A stretch of 64,000 nucleotides of DNA, taken from Obrimoposthia wandeli (Eukaryota). The translations under genes and the position numbers were made by a program. Of the stretch, positions 1 through 9,944 are shown piece by piece. The stretch covers positions 1-64,000 of the forward strand of contig CDROCS010002432.1 in NCBI GenBank assembly GCA_977020255.1, in the 5' to 3' direction. Under the pieces are notes generated by a model. The model worked only from the letters and a program-made list of their open reading frames with translations, was not told the DNA's origin and did no database searches. Numbering within the stretch: position 1 is the stretch's first letter; each line of letters starts with the position of its first letter.

Positions 1-38
1 TTTTCGGTTAATGCTTGATTACTATTTTCTTTATTCAT
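1..38 (-). CDS. 5' end of a gene running off the window edge (MNKENSNQALTE...), product unknown
   Basis: ATG at 38 on the minus strand, open to position 1, same orientation as the upstream zinc operon; too short to identify. Confidence 0.3.
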   Translation of the reverse strand, partial: MNKENSNQALTE

Positions 39-134
39 TTTTAAGTCTTTTTAAGTGAACCTTTATTTTTACATTTAAGGTGAATGGTCATTTTTTAAAG
101 CGCTTGAAAGTAAAAATATTTCATGATTAATATG

Positions 135-530
135 TTAGTGAGCACAGCTTTTATGCTGCTGACAACGACGAAAATTACCCCAATGCGCGACAACAACTAA
201 TATTGCACCCAATAAGGTTAATATTTTTTCGCCAGACTCTCCTGCAATATCATGACCAAAAAAAACAGCGGTGAGCATTAAAATAAGTCCAGAAATTCCC
301 CAATAAAGCAGACGATAACGTTGATGTTTCTTACAGCCAATGGTCAGTGCAAAAATACTTGTCGGTATAACCGCTGCTAACATCCAAAAATGAAAGGCTT
401 CGTTTTGCAGTTGCAATGCGCCAATACTAGGTAATGCCACTAATAAAAGTGGTAATAATAAACAATGTATTGCGCATAGCATTGATAAACCAATAGCAAA
501 CTTATCTGTGAATCCTTGAGCTGTTTTCAT
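135..530 (-). CDS. MerC-domain membrane protein
   Basis: DKFAIGLSMLCAIHCLLLP and H..CKKH motifs, about 4 hydrophobic helices; last full gene of the COG0523 operon. Confidence 0.8.
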   Translation of the reverse strand: MKTAQGFTDKFAIGLSMLCAIHCLLLPLLLVALPSIGALQLQNEAFHFWMLAAVIPTSIFALTIGCKKHQRYRLLYWGISGLILMLTAVFFGHDIAGESGEKILTLLGAILVVVAHWGNFRRCQQHKSCAH

Positions 531-573
531 TTTTTATCTTCTCTTTAAATTTATAGCGGTTAAGCTGCCTTTT

Positions 574-914
574 CTAGCAACTATTACAAATACAGCTCAT
601 CTCAAGCTGCGGACTAACTAATTGAAACCCTGCATTCTCTACACTATTTTTAAGTGCAGATATTAGCGTTTGATTAATGCTGATTTCTTCGACTTGATCG
701 CAAACGCCACAAATTTAAAATAGCGGTACACCGACATCGCCGGAATTTTTTCATCAAACTATTATTGATATAAATCGATAACATCATCAGCAGAAAGCGC
801 TTTTTTAGATTGAATTAACGAAGGTAATACTTGTTTCCTTTCAATGGTTAAGCGAGCACCACGGCTTTTACCGTGTTTTTCAGCACGTTCGATAATGGTG
901 TTGACGTTATTAAT
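574..914 (-). pseudogene. zur: Zur/Fur-family regulator pseudogene
   Basis: Manual translation: NNVNTIIERAEKHGKSRGARLTIERKQVLPSLIQSKKALSADDVIDLYQ**FDEKIPAMSVYR, then another frame ICGVCDQVEEISINQTLISALKNSVENAGFQLVSPQLEMSCICNSC*. Both CxxC motifs are present; tandem stops at 759-764; ATT instead of ATG at 914. Confidence 0.85.
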
Positions 915-1497
915 GAACCACTCTCAAGCGAATCACTTTATTTGTGGCGCTTAATGTTGTTGCCCCTTGTTGTGCTTGCGTGATCCACATAACATATATT
1001 TTTTGCAGACCTGAAAAATGGTCAAACAATGTCACCGTGATAGCTGTTAGTTCTGATGTTTTTTCACAATGGTAATAATATTGCGCAACTAACTCGCTGT
1101 GATTATTTTCCTTTTTAGCCGTTTCTAGATGACTTTTCGCATGGCCTTTCATATGACTTTTTTCTTGATGGTGATGTGCTCTTTTTATGCCTGATAAATC
1201 AAGAGATTTATCTATCAATTGACAATGCCCGCCCGTAAATGAAAACAGGTTTTCATGATGACTCAGCAGTAATTGAGCTTTTTCTACTGCTGCGATTTCA
1301 CTTAGGCTAGTCGCTTTATGCTCAAAACCGACGGCATTAATCGCGGGCAATTCAATTGCAATTTCTACTCTGTTATTTTCAATAGCAACGGTCATTTCAG
1401 CTAAACCGTGTACATGAGTAGTATGCTCAGCAGCAATACTATGGGTCAGAAACATCAGATAAAAAAAGCCAAAGGCTACAATCATATTATTTTTCAT
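910..1497 (-). CDS. DUF2796 / ZrgA-like periplasmic zinc-binding protein
   Basis: Signal peptide, HVHG motif, His-rich central loop, conserved Cys pair; zinc-operon context. Confidence 0.8.
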   Translation of the reverse strand: MKNNMIVAFGFFYLMFLTHSIAAEHTTHVHGLAEMTVAIENNRVEIAIELPAINAVGFEHKATSLSEIAAVEKAQLLLSHHENLFSFTGGHCQLIDKSLDLSGIKRAHHHQEKSHMKGHAKSHLETAKKENNHSELVAQYYYHCEKTSELTAITVTLFDHFSGLQKIYVMWITQAQQGATTLSATNKVIRLRVVH

Positions 1498-1512
1498 ACG
1501 ATATGCGTTTTC

Positions 1513-2208
1513 TTAATCGTTAATGAAGTCGAGCGTTAGTAATAAGCGACGCTCACCGGCAACTACCGGCGGAGAGCGATGCACAAGACCTGCACCTTCC
1601 GTTTCATCCCAATGCTCGCCTTTTAGTAATGCAACATCTCCTTCAGTGAGCCGATTAATATCTTGTTGGTTATTAAATAATCCCGATTGCTCATCAGACT
1701 TTCCCTGATTACCTGCTCCGAGTTTCGACCGGTCAACGACAGAGTGATCAAGCCATTGTGTTGCTATGCCTTGATACGTTGTTACTAAACGACAAGGAAT
1801 ACGATCAATATGGAAACGAGGGCACATAGCACGATCAAGTATGGTTAATCTTAATCCTGCTTGCTTTAAATCAAACAAGCAGCAAAACATATCGACTAAT
1901 AAGGCGATATCATCACTTAAGGTTGTTAGTGCATCTGAATCGCCAAAAGCATCTTTGAGCACATCATGAGTACTTTCTGGTGATACAGCTAGCACAGTGG
2001 CTTTCGTTGCATTCGTTTGTAAAAATTCACTAACCGCAGCCGTTAATTCATGGGAAAGATTACGCTGCCAAATAACAATATTGGTGTCTTCTCGGTAAAT
2101 ATCGCTTAATACCTTAGGTGTCGTATCTTCCGCCGAACGCCGAGATAGCGCTGAGAGTTTACGATCTACATCGTCATTAATGTCTGTCTCAATAGTCAGT
2201 GCATTCAT
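1513..2208 (-). CDS. DUF1826 domain protein
   Basis: [20 protein letters not shown] and GLVHRSP motifs; probable ATG at 2208 overlaps the GTPase stop (ATGA). Confidence 0.85.
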   Translation of the reverse strand: MNALTIETDINDDVDRKLSALSRRSAEDTTPKVLSDIYREDTNIVIWQRNLSHELTAAVSEFLQTNATKATVLAVSPESTHDVLKDAFGDSDALTTLSDDIALLVDMFCCLFDLKQAGLRLTILDRAMCPRFHIDRIPCRLVTTYQGIATQWLDHSVVDRSKLGAGNQGKSDEQSGLFNNQQDINRLTEGDVALLKGEHWDETEGAGLVHRSPPVVAGERRLLLTLDFIND

Positions 2209-3410
2209 ACATTTTCCTCCCACTCAGGAAATGGGTCGCTTAACGTTGCCCAATAACTTTTTCCTTGTAATAACTCCTCTTCGGATAATAAGCATTGATT
2301 AAGTGCATTAGTCATGGCTTGTTTGTCTAACTTTTGGCCTATAAATACTAACTCTTGACGCATATCACCAAAGGGCTCTACCCACTGTTTTTTTATTTCA
2401 TTTAAAGAGTCTGCGTCTGTCGGCCAATTGTCTTTGGCTATCGACTTCCAAAACATGCCAGCAAAACCATAATGTGCTATTCCGCCGGCTTGGCTCCATT
2501 GGCCGCAAAATTGCGGACGAGAAGCTAACCAAAAGTAACCTTTGGAACGAATAAGTTTGCCAAATTGTTCTGTGTTGTGCAGAAAATGATAAAATTTCTC
2601 AGGATTAAAGGGACGTCTAGCAAGATAATTAAAGCTACCAATGCCGTATTCTTCAGTTTCAGGGACATGTTCGCCACGCATTTCTTTAAGCCAACCGGGG
2701 GCTTTTGCCGCGTGTTCAAAATTAAATAAACCGGTATTGAGCACTTCATCAATATTAACCTCGCCAGAGGTTATTGGAATAATCTTAGCGTGGGTATTAA
2801 GTACTTTTAGAATAGCGCTAAGGCGCTCGATTGTGTCTGGCTCAACTAAATCGGTTTTGCTGATAAGAATAACATCCGCAAACTCGACTTGATCCACCAG
2901 TAAATCGGCGACGCTACGTTCATCTTCTTCACCCAGTGATTCACCTTTGTCTTGCAAATATTGTGCTTCGTCATAGTCTTTTAAAAAGTTTACTGCATCG
3001 ACAACGGTTACCATGGTATCTAGGGTGGCAACATCAGATAATGAAATCCCGTCTTCATCAGCAAAGGTAAATGTTTCGGCAACGGGCAAGGGTTCAGAAA
3101 TACCTGTTGATTCAATGACCAGATAATCAAAACGACCATCTTTTGCTAACTTATTAACTTCTAGCAAAAGATCTTCACGTAACGTACAACAAATACAGCC
3201 ATTACTCATTTCTACCAATTTTTCTTCACTGTGATTGAGTGACACCTCATTTTTAACAAGCGCTGCGTCGATATTTATGTCGCTCATATCATTAACGATC
3301 ACCGCGACTTTCTTTCCTTGGCGGTTATTTAAAATATGGCTGAGTACCGTCGTTTTTCCGGCACCTAGAAAACCCGATAGTACGGTTACCGGTAATTTTT
3401 GTTCAATCAC
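2205..3410 (-). CDS. zigA: COG0523/CobW-family zinc metallochaperone GTPase (ZigA-like)
   Basis: GFLGAGKTT Walker A, GCICC metal motif, IESTG, SKTD, C-terminal RQELVFIG. Confidence 0.9.
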   Translation of the reverse strand: MIEQKLPVTVLSGFLGAGKTTVLSHILNNRQGKKVAVIVNDMSDINIDAALVKNEVSLNHSEEKLVEMSNGCICCTLREDLLLEVNKLAKDGRFDYLVIESTGISEPLPVAETFTFADEDGISLSDVATLDTMVTVVDAVNFLKDYDEAQYLQDKGESLGEEDERSVADLLVDQVEFADVILISKTDLVEPDTIERLSAILKVLNTHAKIIPITSGEVNIDEVLNTGLFNFEHAAKAPGWLKEMRGEHVPETEEYGIGSFNYLARRPFNPEKFYHFLHNTEQFGKLIRSKGYFWLASRPQFCGQWSQAGGIAHYGFAGMFWKSIAKDNWPTDADSLNEIKKQWVEPFGDMRQELVFIGQKLDKQAMTNALNQCLLSEEELLQGKSYWATLSDPFPEWEENV

Positions 3411-3440
3411 GTTATTAATATCTCTAATTTACGATAATAA

Positions 3441-3463
3441 GATATGTTACAACGTATCATTTG
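3441..3463. promoter_or_regulatory. Zur box
   Basis: GATATGTTACAACGTATCATTTG matches the gammaproteobacterial Zur palindrome GAAATGTTATA-N-TATAACATTTC at 16 of 22 positions, about 30 bp upstream of the zigA start. Confidence 0.75.
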
Positions 3464-3832
3464 CTTTTGGTAGTCTACTTTTAAAAATAGTTGATATTGA
3501 CTTGGTGTTTTATGTGCAGAAATGCCATTTTTTTAAGCGGCAAAACTTCATCAAATAGCATACATTTAGGTAAGGGTCAAGTCGCTGTGGATCGTTTACT
3601 CTGTGAACCAGCTCATTAAAAAGCTGCTTAGGCACGTTGTTCTTCTCTCTCGGGCTAAAGAAAGCCTTATCGTTAACTCTGTTATAAGCTTGAACGTTTT
3701 GTTTCATTGCAGAATGTTATAGCAGGATATTAACTTGATAATCATGAGCTTGATTTAGCGTGGGTGTGTGCTTGATTATTAATTTTTCGGCATGAGATAA
3801 CTTGCTGAAAAGATTGTTTATTCAAGTATAGG

Positions 3833-3859
3833 CTTCTTAAAACGGCTCTGACCCTTTTA
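3833..3859 (-). repeat. Dispersed 27-bp repeat, copy 1
   Basis: Reverse complement TAAAAGGGTCAGAGCCGTTTTAAGAAG matches 59748-59774 at 26 of 27 positions. Confidence 0.8.
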
Positions 3860-4077
3860 CCTCTTTTTATCTTCCTTTTTATCTCTAAACTGATAATTAT
3901 TAGCTTGATTTTCTTCACTTAGTTATATATGCCTATCCGACTTTTATAGCAAAAGATTAGTTAGATAAGTTGATCTTTTCTGTATATTTTCTATTCGCTT
4001 TACTATATGTTTTAAGGTGTATGTGTGAGCAGTGTTAAAACCCCTCTAATCAGCTGTCCTCTCAATAGTCAATCAAG

Positions 4078-5880
4078 TTGAAAAGTCTAAATTTTACCGC
4101 CCAGATGTTTATACCGGATGCTGCCAAAAGTGATAAAAAACTCGCGAAGTCAATTGAAAAAATTGATGGTCAGATCAAAAATGCCTCAGGAAGCGAAATC
4201 ACACAATTGTACTGTGCTGTTCGAGATTTTTTTAAAGTGTCCGTTAAAGAACAGATACTTATGAATTCAGCTCAAACAAACTTGTTGGTCAATATACTCA
4301 GTAGAGATGGAAACTGTGTTGCTCGAATTAGCTGGATTGAAAGTTTATACTCAAGAGAGTGGAAAGCTTTACAGGTTTTAGCGAAAGAACTTGAAGCTGA
4401 AATTAATTTGGGGACGTCAGACTCCTTAAATGAACGCTCTAAAGTGTTAAAAATTTATCATGCTTGCATGGTCGAGGCTTACAACAACGATAGCAGAGTC
4501 AATAGAGACTCAAAGATAACTGATGATGAACGTGGGATTTTGAATGTGTTAGGTTCACAACTTGGGCTTACTACCGATGAGTGCGCAGCCTTAGAGCATC
4601 TGGTCGACACAATACCAAAAGATGGTGTATTGGAAGCACTTAATATTTTACGTGATATGGGCGTTGTATTTATGAGTAAAAAACGTCAAGAAGTATTTAT
4701 ACCCGATGAAATTGTGGAGCTACTAAATGACATACAAGGTAAAGATCTAGCAGATAAGCATAGGCTTCGATTATTAAGGACATTCTCAGATGCTGAGTTG
4801 TCAAATGTATTAAAGGCTCATGGTCGAAAAATTAGAGGTGTTGATAGGACTGATAAAATAAAAACAATCATCCATTCTGGCTTGAATGCCTCGGAATTAC
4901 TGTCTACTGATATGTTCAGCCCAGATGAAAATCAAAGCCAACGTAAGGAGCGATTGAAGCTCTTAATTGCTGACCTTGAAATAGATACAGATAAATTAGG
5001 TACCACTTTAGATGAGCGCATTCAGTTAATTATTTCTTCGCTGTTAAATGCTACAGAGAAAGAGTTTGACTCTCTAAGCGCTAGCGGCTTTAAAGAGTTA
5101 CTTAAAACTCTAGAGGAGCATTTTCCAACAATTATTAAGGTGATAAAGGCACAGTTCGAATTAGAGGAAAACGAAACTGTTGATACCGAAAAGCTAAGAG
5201 CATTAAGTATTACACCTCATGATATTCTGTATTTACTATCCAATGATGAAATTAAAACAGTACGTGACAGTATGGGGTTATCTAAAAAGGGTAACCCAAG
5301 GTTTGTAATATTTGAGTGTTTTGCCAACGCCACAGACAAGCTGATTGACAACTATGATGCACTAGCAAGAAGAGACATTAACACTCTTCGTGAAGTGGGC
5401 TCGGATGTAGCCGAAGCAGAGTTAGGGGTTAAGTTTGAGGAAGTTACAAAGGCTATCTTTGAGTTATTAGATTTAAATATCGATGAAGATTTAAGAAAAG
5501 AAATCAATACAGTTAAAGATAAAGCAGACATCATTATCTCCTTGAGTGACAATGATATCATTATTGGTGAAGCTAAGACCTGTAAGAGTGGTGATTTTGC
5601 CAAGTATTCGACAACATCAAGACAAGTTAAAGCTTACGTAACCAGAGCAGAGAATCTAGGTAAAAGAGTTGCTCAGGTACTAATTATTGCCCCTAGTTTT
5701 TCAGAAGATTTTATTGAATCAGCAGAAATGGATACTGAGATCAATATTTCTCTCTTAGAGGCCAAGGGCCTTAAGTCAATTCTGGATGCTTTTAAGTCTA
5801 AACGAAACCCTAACTTTAGCCCTAAACTCCTAACAAAAGGTGGCTTATTGAAAGCTGAATTAATAGCAAAGAACATTTAG
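4078..5880 (+). CDS. Uncharacterised protein with a TerB-like segment and a C-terminal PD-(D/E)xK (Mrr-like) nuclease motif
   Basis: KITDDERGILNVLGSQLGL (TerB-like); KADIIISLSDNDIIIGEAKT (D-x-E-x-K) followed by QVKAY and VLIIAPSF; start codon uncertain. Confidence 0.6.
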   Translation: MKSLNFTAQMFIPDAAKSDKKLAKSIEKIDGQIKNASGSEITQLYCAVRDFFKVSVKEQILMNSAQTNLLVNILSRDGNCVARISWIESLYSREWKALQVLAKELEAEINLGTSDSLNERSKVLKIYHACMVEAYNNDSRVNRDSKITDDERGILNVLGSQLGLTTDECAALEHLVDTIPKDGVLEALNILRDMGVVFMSKKRQEVFIPDEIVELLNDIQGKDLADKHRLRLLRTFSDAELSNVLKAHGRKIRGVDRTDKIKTIIHSGLNASELLSTDMFSPDENQSQRKERLKLLIADLEIDTDKLGTTLDERIQLIISSLLNATEKEFDSLSASGFKELLKTLEEHFPTIIKVIKAQFELEENETVDTEKLRALSITPHDILYLLSNDEIKTVRDSMGLSKKGNPRFVIFECFANATDKLIDNYDALARRDINTLREVGSDVAEAELGVKFEEVTKAIFELLDLNIDEDLRKEINTVKDKADIIISLSDNDIIIGEAKTCKSGDFAKYSTTSRQVKAYVTRAENLGKRVAQVLIIAPSFSEDFIESAEMDTEINISLLEAKGLKSILDAFKSKRNPNFSPKLLTKGGLLKAELIAKNI

Positions 5881-5923
5881 TTTATTCTATGCATAAGTAA
5901 CTTCAGCTATCTAACGCTATATT

Positions 5924-5950
5924 AAAAAAACTGCTTCGGCGGTTTTTTTT
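5924..5950 (+). terminator. Rho-independent terminator
   Basis: AAAAAAACTGC-TTCG-GCGGTTTTTTTT downstream of the 600-aa ORF. Confidence 0.8.
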
Positions 5951-6428
5951 CATTTTAGGATAAAGAAAAACTTATGATTAATTAAGTGATGAGCTCGAAT
6001 GTTTTATTTCATTGAAGGTCGTTATCGCAGAACAAAATTTATTAATTATGATTTAAAACTCTGAGGAGGACTGTAAGCATTATTCATGGTAAGTTTTATA
6101 TTTTAGCCATACTTTTTCTAACACCTTTTAAATAAAAGTTTCACATTTTGAATAAAAATTAGAAAATTAATGATGCCAGTAGCGCCAAATAGTGTTATAA
6201 ATTTATTATCAAATTTAAGATATTTTCTTTTTCGTCGTTGATGTTAATATTATTAAAAATACACGGCAAGTTTTTGTTAGTACTCATACTTAAAGGTCGG
6301 TAGATGTCAGAGCGTAATAACAAGTAATGATATTTAACTCTGAAGTATTAGGTTTTATAAAAACTTGTAGTTAGTAGTCATCTGTATAATATGCGCTCAA
6401 TAATAAAGCAGTAACAAAGGAGAGTAAT

Positions 6429-6599
6429 ATGTCAGCAGTCCCAAAAAATACAACAGCGTTTCAGTTGTTTAAACGTAGCGAAACAGACGTTGTAAAAGCT
6501 CGTCCGTATACTGTTGAACACAACGCTTTAATTAACGTTTGTATTAAAAATGTTAAGTCTCTTCATAAAGAAACAATCATGGAACTAGCGAAAGTATAG
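6429..6599 (+). CDS. 56-aa protein, probable antitoxin partner of the downstream doc
   Basis: GGAGAG RBS, MSAVPKNTTAF...KSLHKETIMELAKV*; ends 9 nt before the doc ATG; the ELAK-type C-terminus resembles Doc-binding antitoxins. Not in the ORF track. Confidence 0.6.
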   Translation: MSAVPKNTTAFQLFKRSETDVVKARPYTVEHNALINVCIKNVKSLHKETIMELAKV

Positions 6600-6608
6600 T
6601 AAAAACTC

Positions 6609-7047
6609 ATGGAATGGAATGGCATCGTTGAATTAAGCATTTATCTATCGAAAATTTGATCGAAATTAATGTCGAAGCACTGTCATTCACGCCAATGGAA
6701 CAAGTTGGTGTGTTTTCGCGTGCAAATTTAGAAAGCGTCCAACAAAAACAAGCTATCTTTCGTTGTTATACAGGCTGTAACGATATTTCTACTCTTTAGC
6801 TGCGGTATTATTTATTGGGGTTGCCCAAGGTCATTGTTTTTCAAACGGAAACAAGCGTAGCGCATTTATGTCATCTTTCACTTTTTTGATGGCAAATGGC
6901 TTTGTATTTGAGCCTTGTACTGACTCATCAATTGAAACTGTGGTTCAAAAAACATCCCTGATTATTGTGACCTATATCTATTGTCTAGTTGGTTTAAAGT
7001 TGCTCTCTAGCCAAATCACTGAAGATGAAAAAAGAAAAATATATTAG
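6609..7047 (+). pseudogene. doc: Doc/Fic-family toxin pseudogene
   Basis: Fic motif HCFSNGNKR at 6832-6858. The N-terminal part LSIENLIEIN...ESVQQK lies in a different frame (6641-6799, ends TAG) and the ATG at 6609 in a third, so at least two frameshifts. Confidence 0.8.
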
Positions 7048-7266
7048 AGCAAGCTTTTCAAAAAAAAATGTATAAAGCAATCGACCAAGTAAGAGGTCGG
7101 CTTTAATAGACTAAGCCTTTTACTTCCACATATTTTTTAGCAAATGAATTATCATCAGATTACCCATAATAACAAATTATCCCATTCATTCAAGCAGCAG
7201 ACTCTGATAACAAGTAAAAACTTAAAATAAATAGATATTGAGCGGTGGCCTAATATATCAATACCT

Positions 7267-7734
7267 TTATAACCCTAATTCTGATAATTCAGGATGATCA
7301 TCAGGACGTCGTCCTTGTGGCCAGTGAAACTTTCTCTCTGATGCTTTAATCGGTAAGTCGTTAATACTGGCAAATCTATTTTGCATTAGGCCGTTGTTAT
7401 CAAACTCCCAGTTTTCATTACCGTAGGAGCGGAACCAGTCGCCATTTTTATCTTGCCATTCGTAGGCATATCGCACGGCAATGCGGTTATCAGTAAAGGC
7501 CCATAACTCTTTGATTAAGCGATACGCTAATTCCTTTTGCCATTTTGCTTTCAGGAAGCTCTCTGCTTCTTGGCGACCGTTAACAAAGCTAGCTCGATTT
7601 CGCCATTGGGTATCAAGTGTATAGGCCATTGCTACTTTTTCTGCATTACGGCTGTTCCATCCGTCTTCGGCTAAACGTACTTTTTGACGTGCTGTTGCTT
7701 CATTAAACGGGGGGAGTGGTGGTCTAGTTGACAT
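7267..7734 (-). CDS. DUF1348 / SnoaL-like (NTF2 fold) protein
   Basis: RPPLPPF...[12 protein letters not shown]...[10 protein letters not shown]...[11 protein letters not shown] signature. Confidence 0.9.
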   Translation of the reverse strand: MSTRPPLPPFNEATARQKVRLAEDGWNSRNAEKVAMAYTLDTQWRNRASFVNGRQEAESFLKAKWQKELAYRLIKELWAFTDNRIAVRYAYEWQDKNGDWFRSYGNENWEFDNNGLMQNRFASINDLPIKASERKFHWPQGRRPDDHPELSELGL

Positions 7735-7797
7735 AGTAATTTCCTCAATGGTCGTTAGTAAATAAGTTAGCTAGTAAGTTAGTAAGTGAATGTGTGT

Positions 7798-9828
7798 TTA
7801 TAAATCCAAAATAATCGCGCTAGTGCCTTTTGCCGGGACTGCACAGCAGATAAGCACTTCGTTTTCTGCGATTTCTACGCTTGGTTGTGTTCTATAAGTA
7901 ACCTTACCCGCGTGTAGTTTTACGGCACATGATCCACAGTTGCCATTTCTGCAGCTATAGGCTGGCGATAGCCCTTGTTTTTCGGCTACCACTAAGAGTG
8001 TTTCATCACCTTTGTGCCATTGTTGTGTGATTTTTGAGTGGCGAAACTCTAGCGTGGTGCTATCGGCTTCTTTCGTTATGTCATTTTTATGGGTTAAGCG
8101 GCGTAAAGAGGCTGGCCCAAATGTTTCTGCGAAAATTTGTTTATCGGCAACACCGAGTTCAAGCAAAAGGTCATACATTGCTTGCATAAATGCTTTTGGT
8201 CCACATAGAAAGTAATCACTTGTTTGAAGTGCATTAAGGTCTGTGCTGTTTTCTACTAAAACGTGTTTGGATATTCTTTTACCTGCAAGCGGGTAGTAAG
8301 CAATGCTGTTATCAGTGGCTGAGGCTAGTTTTGTAAAGTCATCATAAAAAGCCAGTTGCTCTCTTGTTTGCGCCGAATGAAAAATACTGAGGGGCCTTAT
8401 ATAGCGCATTCTAATGCCTTCAATATACGTTTGTAACGCCATTGATATCATAGGTGTTATACCTACTCCTCCGGCTAATAGTACGGCAGGTCGTTTGGCT
8501 GATGTGTCTAGCCAAAAATTTCCTTGAGGTAGCTTTGCGTCAATCAGTGCACCAATGGTTAGGTTTTGATGTAAATGTGATGACGCCACACCATGTAATT
8601 CACGCTTAACCGAAATGCGATAAAACGCATCATGAGGCGAGCTAGACAAGGTATAGTTGCGAATAATCCACTCTTTTTTCTTCGGCATTGTTAAATCACT
8701 GGCTAAGCCAAGCGCTATGCGAATAGTTAAGTGTTGGCCTGCTTTAAAGGGCACAAGTTCACCCTTATCGTGTTTTTCTAGATAAAAAGATCGTATGTCA
8801 GCCGTTTCATCAACGATCTTAACAACCTTAAATGAATGCCACTTATTTGATTGCTGCTGAGCCATTTCAAGTTGCTTAGCTTGTGCCCAACTACCGGTTA
8901 ACAGTGAATTAGGAGAATACTCAACAAGGCTAGCTCTAAAAGGTAAGGCATTTTTTATACTCAGGCCTTGCTCGACAATAAATTGCCAACCGCGCTGTGC
9001 ACCTTTGAATGAATTAAGTCGAGGATCATGCTCTGGCAGTATTTCCACTCGTCCGGAAAGGAATAATAAGTCACCTGTTTCAAAGTTAGGAAAGAGCAAA
9101 CCCGCTTTCGGATTCAGTAAGAAGTTGCCCATGGTATTAAAGAAGTTGTTGCCTGCGTAATCAGGAATGGTCAGGGTATTGCCATCTACGGCTACAAAAC
9201 CTGATTTTCCGCCACGATGCGATACGTCAATGCTTTCGACGTTTTGCGTATTTTTGACGTTAACTGCGCTAGCGACAAAAAAAGTATCGGCCTGAGAAAT
9301 TACACTTTTAGCGTCACTGTCTAATTCATCAAAATAGGTTTTTATTGCCGCCACGTTGTCAACTTGGCGAAAATCACGGGTTTGAATGTACTGTGGACAA
9401 TTGCCAAATGATTGATCAACTTTAACGCTAAAATTATTCTCTGTGACAGAGGTTATGTGTGCATTTAAACGGTTTCGTCTGCGTGTTGGTATTTCAATGC
9501 CCAAAAAACCTAATGGCCGACCCAGTTTTAGTGAGCTTGATAAAGGATCGCCTGTAATAGGCGTTGCTTGAATATCCACATTGGTAGGTGTTGTTGAATT
9601 CATAAAACCAGGCGAGCCCGGTAAAATAGAGGCCCAAGGTCTGCCTGCTTCGTCGACGCTACCAACAACAACAAAAGGCAGTTTGGCAAAAAAGTCACGG
9701 TGCTGCTCGGGCAGGTAAGAACGAATAACTTTGCGGCCAATAGTCGCCATTGCATCGGCTTTGCCCACTCGCTGTTGCATGGCTTTTTCGCCGGCATGAA
9801 AAGGTGATGTTTCTGATGCGTTAGACAT
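7798..9828 (-). CDS. Fusion of PNPOx-like FMN-binding domains, an FNR-type FAD/NAD reductase and a 2Fe-2S ferredoxin
   Basis: NCPQYI, SHRGG, PDYAGNNFFNTMGN; RNYTLS; AGGVGITP; YFLCGP; CRNGNCGSC...LICC. Confidence 0.85.
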   Translation of the reverse strand: MSNASETSPFHAGEKAMQQRVGKADAMATIGRKVIRSYLPEQHRDFFAKLPFVVVGSVDEAGRPWASILPGSPGFMNSTTPTNVDIQATPITGDPLSSSLKLGRPLGFLGIEIPTRRRNRLNAHITSVTENNFSVKVDQSFGNCPQYIQTRDFRQVDNVAAIKTYFDELDSDAKSVISQADTFFVASAVNVKNTQNVESIDVSHRGGKSGFVAVDGNTLTIPDYAGNNFFNTMGNFLLNPKAGLLFPNFETGDLLFLSGRVEILPEHDPRLNSFKGAQRGWQFIVEQGLSIKNALPFRASLVEYSPNSLLTGSWAQAKQLEMAQQQSNKWHSFKVVKIVDETADIRSFYLEKHDKGELVPFKAGQHLTIRIALGLASDLTMPKKKEWIIRNYTLSSSPHDAFYRISVKRELHGVASSHLHQNLTIGALIDAKLPQGNFWLDTSAKRPAVLLAGGVGITPMISMALQTYIEGIRMRYIRPLSIFHSAQTREQLAFYDDFTKLASATDNSIAYYPLAGKRISKHVLVENSTDLNALQTSDYFLCGPKAFMQAMYDLLLELGVADKQIFAETFGPASLRRLTHKNDITKEADSTTLEFRHSKITQQWHKGDETLLVVAEKQGLSPAYSCRNGNCGSCAVKLHAGKVTYRTQPSVEIAENEVLICCAVPAKGTSAIILDL

Positions 9829-9856
9829 ATTGGCCTCAAGTTTGGTTAATTACTCT

Positions 9857-9944
9857 TAAATGATTGCACAGCTAAATGATTGCACTGCTAAATGACTGAA
9901 CGGCTAAACGATTGTGCTATTTAGTTATTTAGTTATTTAGCTAT
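9857..9944. repeat. Intergenic tandem repeats (4 x 16 bp, then 3 x 8 bp)
   Basis: TAAATGATTGCACAGC / TAAATGATTGCACTGC / TAAATGACTGAACGGC / TAAACGATTGTGCTAT, then TTAGTTAT x2 and TTAGCTAT. Confidence 0.8.

Noticed and set aside
3510-3707. 65-aa ORF as a real gene or transposase relic
   Set aside because: No recognisable motif or RBS in any frame
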